NCBI GenBank assembly: GCA_002269645.1
Contig: NIVC01003811.1
Coordinates: forward strand, 11,866-75,865
Reading direction: 5' to 3'
DNA length: 64,000 nt
DNA from: Macrostomum lignano
Taxonomy: Eukaryota
The position numbers were made by a program, and so were the translations under genes. Position 1 is the stretch's first letter; each line of letters opens with the position of its first letter. Of this stretch, positions 1-10,359 are shown in pieces. Below the pieces are notes generated by a model, which made no database searches, was not told the origin of the DNA, and worked only from the letters and a program-made list of their open reading frames with translations.

Positions 1-150
1 TAAGGGGAGTGACAGTGGTGAGTGATAAGGGAAGTGACGGTGTGATGAGGGGAGTGACAGTGGTGAGTGATGAGGGAAGTGACGGTGTGATGAGGGGAGT
101 GACAGTGGTGAGTGATGAGGGAAGTGACTGTGTGATGAGGGGAGTGACTG
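1..150. repeat. 45-bp tandem repeat (about 3.3 copies, truncated by window edge)
   Basis: Unit GGGGAGTGACAGTGGTGAGTGATGAGGGAAGTGACGGTGTGATGA repeats; the ORF at 9-248 shows the matching 15-aa periodicity. Confidence 0.9.
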
Positions 151-510
151 ATCCCAATATCCCCCAGTCAGCGCCCACTCTGTACCGCCATCTCCGCCGG
201 CGCCCGCCATCTGAGCCAGGCCGCTCTCCGTCAGGTAGCCCAGCATGATGAGCAGGTAGTTTGCGGTGAGCCTGTCCAGATCCCAGCTGCGGTACTCCTG
301 CCAGGCGATGGCGGCAGCGCAGGCTGGTAGCCGGCCGTTCAGCCGCAGGGTGGCCGCCTGCCCAGTCCAGTCGTAGCGCAGCGGGGCGCCGTCGACAGCT
401 GGCCAGTTGCTGAAGAAGTCGCAGCCGGGATAGGGCAGGTGGAGCCGGCGAAAGTCCGCGTAGCTGATGGGAAATTGGGATTTGGACAGGCTCACTCCCG
501 CCCGGCCTTC
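151..510 (-). CDS. MTMR14: MTMR14/EDTP-like myotubularin-related phosphatase, coding exon 2 (3' boundary uncertain)
   Basis: Frame from 510 (after an AG at 512-511) reads EGRAGVSLSKSQFPISYADFRRLHLPYPGCDFF...WQEYRSWDLDRLTANYLLIMLGYLTESG. This matches the recalled MTMR14 motifs YADF..L.IPYPGCEFF and W..Y..WDL...TQNYL.LLL....DSG. Not in the ORF track because it has no start codon. Confidence 0.8.
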
Positions 511-519
511 CTAGCAGCT

Positions 520-845
520 CTCATATCTAATAGCTTCCATTCTGATCTAATCTCACAACTACTAGCTTCTATTCTGATCTAATCTCATATCTAATAGCTT
601 CTATTCTGATCTAATCTCATATCTACAAGCTTCTATTCTGATCTAATCCCATATCTACAAGCTTCTATTCTGATCTAATCCCATATCTACAAGCTTCTAT
701 TCTGATCTAATCCCATATCTACAAGCTTCTATTCTGATCTAATCCCATATCTACAAGCTTCTATTCTGATCTAATCCCATATCTACAAGCTTCTATTCTG
801 ATCTAATCCCATATCTACAAACTTCTATTCAGATCTAATCTCATA
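520..845. repeat. 32-bp intronic minisatellite (about 10 copies)
   Basis: Unit CTACAAGCTTCTATTCTGATCTAATCCCATAT; GCTTCTATTC recurs at 661 and 693. Confidence 0.95.
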
Positions 846-891
846 CCTACCAGCTCAGCCAGAGCTCGGCAGTCCACAGAGGCACGCGCAC

Positions 892-1419
892 TTGTGTGCC
901 GGGCACAAGCAGCGGCCGAGATTCCGTAGTCAAATCCACGATATGACTGACACACAGCGAGTCTAACAGAATCTTATCTGACCCGCGAGCCTCCTCGCCA
1001 GTCGGCCAGGCGCTCAGAGTGGCCGAACGGCAAAGGAGGCGGCCCTGACAGATCAAGGCGGGCAGTGGCAGGCGGCCCCGGACTCGAGCCCCAGCCGCTG
1101 AGCAGCACAGATCGGAGAGTCGGCGGGGATAGCGAAACTGCTTCGAAGCAGACGAGGTAAGCAACTTAGTAGCCAGCCCCGTAGGCAGGAAAATCCTTGG
1201 CGGATAGGTGGCGCAGACCTGGCCAGATTCATTATCCAATGCGGCATCGCATAGCCGATAATCTCGCAATATAATCTGCTCAATACTGCTGCTCAATTGA
1301 GCAATGAACTCTGGCCATTCCCCTATTAGCGAGGCGTTGTACTCAGCTGATTGCATGCGGCTTAGCAGGTGAGTTATAAGCAGGCTCTGCTCATGCTGCT
1401 TGGAGTTCACCTGAGCCAT
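892..1419 (-). CDS. MTMR14: MTMR14/EDTP-like gene, coding exon 1
   Basis: ORF 847-1419 has RDY...NESGQVCATYPPRIF, ARVRGRLPLPALICQGRLLCRSATLSAW and RGSDKILLDSLCVSHIVDLTTE, matching recalled MTMR14 N.NGDICGHYPRHIVF, ARCRGRF..PVILFKGKHICRSATLAGW and RGYDIKLL..L.VKYICDLMVE. Donor CAA|GTGCGC (892|891) is in phase with the exon at 510; the stronger-looking donor TG|GTAGGT (851|850) is not. Confidence 0.85.
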
Positions 1420-1571
1420 CCAAATTATTTGATGCTATTGATTGATAAGTATAGATATATAAAATGTTGGTATGCAGGAATATTGGCAACAATTGGTTTA
1501 AAATTTCTTTCTAAATCCTTTGTAGAAATGCAAATTTAACACAGCTAGTAGCCTTCAACCAGTGCAACTGG

Positions 1572-1995
1572 GCCTTCAATGGGTGCCACTACCCTCCCTG
1601 AGCATTCAATGGGTGCCACTACCCTCCCTGAGCCTTCAATGGGTGCCACTACCTTCCTTGAGCCTTCTATAAATGCCACTACCTTCCCTGTGCCTTCTAT
1701 GAATGCTACTACCCTCCCTGAGCCTTCAATGGGTGCCACTATCCTCCCTGAGCCTTCAATGGGTGCCACTACTTTCCCTGAGCCTTCAATGGGTGCCACT
1801 ACCCTCCATGAGCCTTCAACCAGTTCCACTACCTTCCCTGAGCCTTCAATGAATGCCACTACCTTCCCTGAGCCTTCAATGAATGCCACTACTTTCCCTG
1901 AGCCTTCAATGGGTGCCATTACCTTCCCTGAGCCTTCAATGGGTTCTATTACCATTCCTGAGCATTTAACAGGTGCCACTACTCTCCTTGAGCCT
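1572..1995. repeat. 30-bp minisatellite (about 14 copies) upstream of MTMR14
   Basis: Unit GAGCCTTCAATGGGTGCCACTACCTTCCCT; it produces the spurious 10-aa-periodic ORFs on both strands. Confidence 0.95.
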
Positions 1996-2459
1996 TTAGT
2001 AGTACTAGTTTGTGGGTGCCACCCACTATGCTTCCTAAGTTTGAAATAAGCTACCATGGATATTAACAAATATTCAATACATTGTCATTAAAATGATTTT
2101 TTTTTCTATTTATTAGTAACACTTTTCTCTTTGGACTGCCCTGCAGCTAAGTAGTAACACTTTTCAGCCTGTCAAATTTCAATATCAATATTTGATAATA
2201 ACTAAACTAATATTTAAAAAAGCTAACTAATATTTTAAAAAGCATTATTATTCTAAATTGTTGGCATTCAAAAGCAAAAGAAACTAAAAAGCTTAAAAAA
2301 TCTAAGTCAAGACAAAATGATTGGGTTCTTATCAAGATCAAAACAATCATTTTGTTAGTACACTTTATAAGGCAATATGAAAAAATGGTTGCTAATTATT
2401 TATTAAGCTGCTATTGCATATTGCATTAGATTTTAAACTAGATTTTTTAATTTTTTGAT

Positions 2460-2835
2460 TAGGGCTTGAATAGGATCAAAATTTTTGGGCAGGATTGGGA
2501 TTGGGATTCAATTTTTTGGAATTATTATTTGGATTTAGGAAATAATATTATAAGTATACAGATAAGAATTTAGTTATTTCTCATATTATAACATTTTAAT
2601 AAAATGTTATAAACAAAATTGACAACAAACTACTTATTTATATGACTACTATTATTTACTTTGACATATTTGGTATAAAAATATAAGCTCGTCTTCAATG
2701 AAAAAACTTGAAAAAATGTAATCCCCACAGACCCCTTACTCAATTTTGGGAGTCAGGATTATTATCATTGGGATGGGGATCCCAACTACCCCTTTGGCCC
2801 TTGGGATTGGGATCAGGATCCTATCTTACCCCTAG
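2460..2835. mobile_element. Possible decayed hAT-like MITE
   Basis: Left TAGGGCTTGAATAGGATC versus right GATCCTATCTTACCCCTA form an imperfect inverted repeat, with subterminal GGGATTGGGAT motifs; no TSD established. Confidence 0.35.
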
Positions 2836-4714
2836 TTTTAATATTAAAAAAACTATATAATACCCTTTATTGCTCCAGTTTAAGCACTTAGTGAAAATTT
2901 ATTATCCTAGTTTACAAAATTAAAGTTAGATTATACTAATGATTTCATTGTTTTTAATTTAGTATTAATATTTTATTTTCGACTTTTGATAGTTTTTAAA
3001 TGCTTTTTATGCATATTTAAAATGCTTATAGCCTTAACATATGCAAACTTCTAAATATTACTTGGCTATTGAGGTGGGGCGGAGAAAAGTGTGGCAGGCG
3101 GGATAGGGTATTGCTATTTTGTGGCCCGGCCCAGCCCGGGCCGGGCCGTGAATTTGTCAATTATCTTAATATTAGTTCATTTGTTGTTTCAAGTAAATGT
3201 TTTGAGCTTCTTTGCTATGTTGACTGTACTATGACGACCAATTTATATTCATTTCAACAGTTTACAGGTCTTATTTTAGAAGCGATCTTACCTCTCCATC
3301 ATGTGTGCGTATGAAAAAATTAAATAGTGTAAGGCCTACTACTACTACTTGACAGGCTTGCGCCAAGACAATCTATCTAAATCAATCATGAAATGGGAAG
3401 CTTTTCCTGTCTTGCAGTTTATCATTGCCATGTGTCATCTTTTCTTAGCAAGTTTCTACTTGCATAAATAATGGCAATTTCTCAGATGTGGCTCCTTATG
3501 AGGATGAAGACCACTGTGAAGACCAAAAATATAAACTGGAAATTGGACTGTATATGTTATGTTCAGCAAGTTATTATATTTGTGCTATGCATGAATGTTT
3601 TAAAATTTCAGGAAAATATAGATCTAAAAGTTGGTAGGCCTAGCTTAGTTATATAGAAAACACTTGAACATTGTATTTAAATAATACCTACCAAGATGTT
3701 TTCATAGCATATATATATATATATAATTTAAAATGAGAACAAAAAATATTTCATTTGATTATCAAATTTGTATATTAAGTATACTAAATTAGTACCAACA
3801 CAACAGTGAGACTTTTCTTTTTTAAAGGGTTCTGTTAAAATTCTTGACAACATGACTCTATTTTGGGAGACATGTGTCCCCTATGCCATAAGCCTCTGCT
3901 GTCTATGCATAAAATGTAAAATATAGGAACTATGGCATTCTTTCGTTTTACGATCACCTAGCACTGTCCCTATGGGAGTCGGGACTATGTGAGTGTGGTA
4001 GGCCGGTCTACTGTGGTAGTGCGTCTACCACTGAGTGAGATCGCTTAAACTGAAATTAATTTGTGCGTTGCCTTCATTCACCCCCCTTTTAATTCACCTG
4101 CATAATTTACCTTATTAATAATAATTTTGCTCCGTCTATGACAATTCCTCTACTTAAGGCTAATAATATTTTTTACGATAATTTGCTTAGTTTCGTGAAA
4201 TTGCCACCGTTGTAATCTTGACGTCATGCCACCGTCTGCCCCAATCGCTGCCCCATCAAAAGTTTTGCCTCCGTTCTGTGCCCCAATCACTGCCCCAAGC
4301 GATGTAATTTCCCCTTTTAATAATGTTGTTTCTTATAATTTTGCGTAGCTGCCAGCCAAGGAACTCCAGGATGGCAATTTGCTCTCCATCCACTGGGTCC
4401 GCGGGTGTCCCGCCCTCTGGCAAGAAGAATTTTTATTTTATTTATACCGCGCTGTTTGGTGCCCGTATTTTCTCTTCTGCTGTTGTTTGTTTTGTTCCTT
4501 TTCGTCTTTGTCTTCTACTACTTCTTCGTTTCTCGCTCGTTTTCTTTGGTACTATAGTTTTACGTTAAGTTGTAATTAAATTTATCCCGCACCCGGCACG
4601 CCGGACCCATCAGTCGAGGAAGGCCGTCTCAGACTCTAATATTTAGCTATTGTTTGCTAGTTTAATAATAAACCGTCAATTTATAATTAATCGTTTGTTC
4701 ATTAAACCCTTAGT

Positions 4715-5138
4715 TTTTATATTGAGTCATTTGCCCGTGGGGCGTAAAACAACCAAAAGTTCTCATCTCAAAGAAAGCTCTGAGAATTCAACGTTCCGTA
4801 ATACGTAAATTACGGTGGTGGCAGCAACTACCCTACTGATAGTACCAATTCGATTAAACGACACACGCTATTTTACGGTGTCAGAATATTCGGTGTCTAC
4901 CATCGGAACGACCGTGCCGCTCAACGACCGCTCTGCTACGAATACGACTACCCTCCCCCCGGAATTGAGGACCCCGGCAGTCGGAGTAAAACAGGAGAAA
5001 AGATTTTCGTGGTGATTCGTCTGCGCGATTTCCGGATTTAATTCGTGCGAACACGACGCCAACCGGTTTCGAAGAAACCCGGACAACCCATTTTTTTATT
5101 TTTTCAAATTTTATTTTCTTTCTCCGCCCCCACCTCAC
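4715..5138. repeat. Diverged duplicated block, copy A (non-coding, conserved islands)
   Basis: Shares exact islands with 5695-6164: TGAGTCATTTGCC, GGGGCGTAAAA, CTCAAAGAAAGCTCTGAGA, TCAACGTTCCGTAA, TTACGGTGGTGGCAGC, TACGACTACCCTCCCCCCGGAATTGAGGACCC, CCCCACCTCAC. Confidence 0.85.
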
Positions 5139-5694
5139 TACCACTGGGGTGAACGACGGCAGGCCTCCAGCGCGGACAACGGCGGGACGATCAGCTCAAT
5201 TCCCTAGGATGACGGATTGACGTCATTTTTTTTCAATTTTTGCTCCCCTGTTTGTTCCCCCGGTTGTCCCCGCCCTTGCTCCTTCGTTTGCTCCTTCTGT
5301 TGTTCCCTCCCGTGGCCTCTGTTGTTTTAGTGCTTCCAGTGGCCGGGTTTTTCCCTTTTCCTTCGTTGTCCCTTCCCTTGCCCCATCCTTTGTCCCACCC
5401 CTGGGTTTTTTCATGTTAATTTAATATTTATAAAGTTGATGTAAAAATCTTTTGGTTCGTCTTTCCTTTTGTTCCTCTCTCTCCCCCTCCCCTTCTTTTG
5501 TGTGTTTTGTTTTTTGCTCCTTAATATTTAGTTTGCGACTAAAACGCTAATAATTTAGCTCGCCCTCGGCACAGCCGAATCCGTCTCTCGAGGTGTTTCT
5601 TTTCTTTAACATTTGACGGCAGGAATAATAACTAATAATAATAATTTCTCCAATAACAATAATATTTATTCAGTTGTTCCGATTCGAAGCCTTT

Positions 5695-6164
5695 AGTTTT
5701 CTATTGAGTCATTTGCCAGCGGGGCGTAAAATAACCAATCAGTCTCAGTCTCAACTCAAAGAAAGCTCTGAGACCCTCAACGTTCCGTAAAACGACATTT
5801 ACGGTGGTGGCAGCGCTACTTTACTACTGAGAGTAACACAACTAGCAATCTCGACGAATTACGAGTTTACGGTGTCTGAGGACCCCTTCTGAACGACACG
5901 GGCCGCTACAAGACCACTCGACTACGATTACGACTACCCTCCCCCCGGAATTGAGGACCCGGCAGACGGACTATCCAAGGAGAAGAGTCAGTGCATCAAT
6001 TCGTGCATTTTCCGGCTTTACGAGTGCCGAGACAGCACAAGCGGCAATTCAAGTCTAAGACCGCGCGAAGATTTTCCGGTGTTCTGCTAACGACAGCGAA
6101 ACCGACATCTAACCTATTTGAAAAGCACATTTTCTCTTAAATTTTCTTCTCCACCCCACCTCAC
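5695..6164. repeat. Diverged duplicated block, copy B
   Basis: Same conserved islands in the same order as copy A, with largely unalignable spacers. Confidence 0.85.
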
Positions 6165-6616
6165 GAGGGTTCCCCGACAGATATTTTCTCCTTCGAACGG
6201 ATAATTCAAACAAAAAATGAATTTATGTTTCGGGATGCATTACTTACCCTGACGCCGTATTCAGCTTTAAAATTTTGTAGACAAAAGTTTTGTCTTAAAG
6301 AAAAAAATATTGGTACGAATACAAAGTGTGTCAAAACGAATTTTATCACACATTCCTTACAAAAAAATTCTCACGCCAAAGAACTTATGAAGTAACGGTA
6401 GCAATGAATTTTTTGTCAGTTTCTTGACGCATGCCTCAGCTTTGCAATGACACATGTCGGACTTTTGTATTTCCCGGGATATCTGCTTCCAAAGTGTGCT
6501 TTCCGTGAGTCATTCATCATCCGTACCAGGACCAACCAAATCTTTGACTTATCGCTCCGTCTCTATGCTTCAATCATTTGCTCTGAAACTTCTATTACTT
6601 CTTGACTTCTTCTCAG

Positions 6617-8123
6617 CTTTGCAATGACACCTTAGAGTCGCCGGATTCTGGCTATTTCGATAGGAAGCTGTCGGACATTGAGAATGAGTGGCCATCGCAG
6701 GGCCCAGTAGGCGCCGTCATGTTCCAGTATATCAAGGTAAAGACTCCATCGACACTTATTTGAATAATTCAATTACTCGTAACATTCTCTTCATGAACCT
6801 AGCACTCTGTAGTAAGTTTTAAAAGATGTATTAGATGTATTAAATAAATTTAATGATGTACTAAAAGATGTAACAGAAGCAAGACGAATTGGGTTGATAA
6901 AAACTAACATTGTGTGTAAAGTGTACGCTGCATTACTTCCTACCTTTTCGTTATTTCAGAAAAAGGCGGCGGACACATTAAAGCAGAAAGCCACCCGATT
7001 TCGCCTTTCTGAAGCCGGCCTAAATTCTGCATGGCAACAACGCCAGGAACGACTCAATCGCGATTTGAAAGCGTTTCGTGTTCGTGAGCACCAGAGACTT
7101 GTCACAGACGCACTGTCAGAGTTTAAATCGCGTATCAAATTAGAGTTTGCTGCTGACGAATCCGCACTTCACGGCTCTGGGGATTACAATTTGCAGCGAG
7201 GATGGACCTAACATCTTGTTGCTAACGAAGACTGAAATCAGCTCTCTGCTGACGAACAGAGTCTTCATCTAAAACATTTTTTGGCATCGCGAAGTAAGTT
7301 ATAAGTAGTACACGAACGTGTTTAACTTCTGAAAATATACTCTTTTCTTCTTTAATACGCCTGTTTCATTTGAATGGGCCCCATATTAGCAAAAGTAAAG
7401 ATTGTATGTGGCCGGGCAAAACAGTCGATGGAATAATCAAAGTCTTGTCAAGTCTATACCCTTAGCAGCTTTGGGCACAGATTCTATATTAATATAGGCG
7501 GATACAGATTCTATAGGCTTTGGGAGTTGTGTCACCTTAATTATTATTCCTTTCAGTTTTGGGAACTAAGGACAACTTAAAATTTTTAAGCAATTAGCAT
7601 TGGTTAAACTGGTTAAATGGGCAGTGTCCTGACAATAAAAGAATATTTGCTCATGTCCGTAAAACTGTCGCGAAGTCTATTTAGGATATTTTTTCTTTTC
7701 ATGCAGGTACGGCCACTCACATTGACCTTCGGCCAGGTGCCGGTGACACACGTGGAAACAAAAATCCTTCTCGTCTGCGCAGGCCGCCAAGGAAGGCTCC
7801 AATGGAAACGCCTTTTCCGTCAGAAATGGCAAATTCAGAAGAGTGTCGGCCTTGGGAAAATGATCATCCGCTTTTTGTAGCCTTCACATCGGCTGAATGC
7901 CAGGGGCAAGTGTGTCCCGGGTGCAGCTGCTCCATTGTAACCAAGTCTGCCTTACTGCAGCATCGGTTTGTAGTGGGGCATATGGAACATCATATGACCC
8001 CCCAGAGTGCATCCACAGGAGTCGCAACTTCCTGGAAAGCAACCTCACAGCTGCGCAAAACTTTTTATCATCTGCGAGCGTACTGCCTAGAATCGCGATT
8101 CGGTCACGGTTTTTTCGTCTCTA
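6617..8123 (+). pseudogene. Spliced MULE/Mutator-like transposase C-terminal remnant (exons 6617-6736, 6960-7293, 7707-8123; last codons at 21277-21318)
   Basis: Three AG/GT-bounded exons join in consistent phase (0, then 1). The product has F.RKL..IE..W, R..AGL...E..N..LK, ALHGSGDYNL, and C-terminal CPGC...H...RKTFYH...C...RF, resembling recalled invertebrate MULE-type proteins. In-frame TAA (7209) and TGA (7233); interrupted by the LTR element at TCTA. Confidence 0.55.
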
Positions 8124-10338
8124 TGATGTAACCACGCTCTGGTCGCGGGATAGGGCATGGGAACTTTTTCGAAAGTGCCTCCTATCCCGTGCACCCTCTG
8201 CACAGAGCTGTCGGGACTCGGCCAGGTCTCCGACCGGGCCTGGAGACTCCCGCTCTGCTGCACCCCTCCTGCTGCCTTGGTCCCGTCTCTCCTGCCGCCA
8301 CACCTGCCTTTCCGGAGCCCCTACCCCTTTCTGTACCTCCCCCTCTACCCTATCTCTTCTGTTCCCGCCCTATTCTTCCTGTACTTTCTCTACCTCCTCC
8401 CTTTTTTTTTCTCCCTCTGCACTCTTTTCCTGCGCTGTCCCCTCTTTCCCTGTGTCTACTTACAGTACTTTGTGTGCTCACCGTCTCCCCATCCCCTCTC
8501 AAACTCCCAAACGGTGACGCAAGTCGTGTGACCCCTTCTCCCCTCGGTGACTCATCGATGACTCATCCCCCTCTCTTGCGCAACCTTTTCTCACGCTATT
8601 GTTCTCCTTCCCAAATTTCTCATGTGACACCCACCCCACCTCCGCTTCTATTGTTCTCGTTTTTGCTTCTTTTGTTCTCTCGACCCCCACCAATTATCAC
8701 ATTTTCTCCGATTTTCTCTTTCTTTTGTTCTCGTTTTCGCACCTAATTATCACCTTTTCTCCAATGTTTACTTTTCCATTGTTCTCAGTTTTCCCCAATT
8801 ATCCCCGATTTCCAATTCCTTTGTTCTCGACCCCAGCCCTATTGTTCTCAATGTTTGCTTGCGCAACACTTTCGCGACCACCCGCTGCGCCAATTATCCC
8901 CCACCCCACCTCCGGATTGCGCAATTTCCCGATTTCTCATGTTGCTATGCCGGTCTCATGCTTCTCATCATGACTCATTCTGACGTCATTCTGCCGGCAG
9001 CCAATCAGAGAGAGGGAGCCATGGTAACGACCTTGAGGAGGCGGCTGTGAGGTCTATAAAAGGAAGCGATTTCGGCATGAGAATACTCAACTGAGTTTAT
9101 CTCTGTTCCTCTCCTCGTCCTTCTTTGGACTTGCTGTCAGATTGAGTTCTGACCCATTCGTCTATAAGACGAATCCCTGCCGGCCCGCGGTCTGTTACCG
9201 CCAAGTTATCCTTAGCTCCCCAAGTGAGCTCGCCTATCGGCCAGCGGTCTGATACCGCCCAGCATCATCAGCATCGCCTGATCTACATCAGCGCCTCGTC
9301 GCTCCAGCGCATCGCCGCTTCACCGTCTGCCTGACTGCAGCCTACAGCCGCCCTCGGTCACTCCGCCTCTCTCTCTCTCTGTGCAGCTGCCGGTAAGTTC
9401 CTGCTACTAATTTGTGCTCTAATTGCCTTTGCTTATCCGGGGTTTGCCTATTTTCCATTGTCTGATTAGAGAGCTGAGCCAATTGTGATACCGTATCTTT
9501 TGCTGTATTTTACTCAATAGTGAAGCCGCCTAATTGCCTGCTTATTTGCCTAAGGGCCTAATTATTAACTATTAACTAACTTCATCATTATTCAATCTTT
9601 CACCATCATTTCACTCATGGCTTGCTAAGCCTTTCTCCCGGGGTGGCAAAGCATAAGGAAGTTTGGGTAAGCTAATGGCCTCTCCCCGTGCAAAGCCCGC
9701 CTGTGAGTGCGTGCTGCGGGGCCGCGTGTGCGTGCAGTAGAGGGATTAGCGAGTCTTGGCACAGAATGGCAGTAGGAAGGTTGCAACCCCATGCTAACGC
9801 GTCCCTTCGCCCTGAGCAATCTAAACTGTAGACAGTACATGTTCGCCTCATACTACTCTTAGTAATCAAAGTCGCAAGTCAGCCTCGCTCACAGCCACAA
9901 AGGATCCCCTGCTGAGAAATCCTCCAGGATTGAGCCCAGAGTTCCCGATCATGCCCAAGCAGAGTCCCTGTACTCGGCTGCATGCGTCTCCCCTGTTAGC
10001 CTAAATCCCCTGGTAACCAATCCAGGCGGGGCTCTAGCCTCGAGAGGTCTGGTAGAAAGATCCAGGTGCGCCAGGTCACATAGAGTGGTGGCAGCCACTC
10101 GGTCATACCATGACCGAGTGACCAACTATTGCACCTTGGCTACAGGTGGGGTCCATGTGGGTCCTTGGCCCTCTGGTCACGAAGCGCTACCAAAGCTACT
10201 AATCATGTGGGCGGGACAGTCTGGTGCTGGAGGTCCGTCAGGTCATTGCCCGGTCATAGGCAGCCTACGGTCATTGCCCCCTCTAGCCATGCGTTCGTCT
10301 CTCTACGGAGCGGACAGGCGACAAGGGCGGTTACATCA
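8124..10338 (+). repeat. 5' LTR of element 1
   Basis: Near-identical to 19059-21273; by eye about 2 substitutions and 2 homopolymer indels. Confidence 0.95.
8548..9060 (+). promoter_or_regulatory. LTR U3 enhancer/promoter (repeated at about 19482-19994)
   Basis: TGACTCA at 8548, 8559, 8971; TTGCGCAA at 8576, 8859, 8917; TGACGTCA at 8981; repeated CTATTGTT and AATTATC; CCAAT at 9001; TATAAA at 9055. Confidence 0.65.
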
Positions 10339-10341
10339 AAA

Positions 10342-10359
10342 TGGTGGCAGCGGTGGGAT
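10342..10359 (+). promoter_or_regulatory. Primer-binding site, tRNA-Leu
   Basis: TGGTGGCAGCGGTGGGAT, 3 nt after the LTR end, is the 18-nt complement of the recalled tRNA-Leu 3' end ATCCCACCGCTGCCACCA. Confidence 0.85.

Noticed and set aside
1545-2069. ORFs of 174 aa and 156 aa
   Set aside because: Both are translations of the 30-bp minisatellite.
3123-3147. GC-rich 10-bp hairpin as a Helitron 3' end or terminator
   Set aside because: No CTRR end follows and no partner terminus was found; more likely a MITE remnant.
7209-7235. Alternative genetic code (TAA=Gln, TGA=Trp), suggested by stops here and the TAA at 32285
   Set aside because: The 2000-aa RepHel and 1300-aa Pol frames contain no in-frame TAA/TGA, and these codons end ORFs normally. 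Single transitions (CAA>TAA, TGG>TGA) explain the cases.
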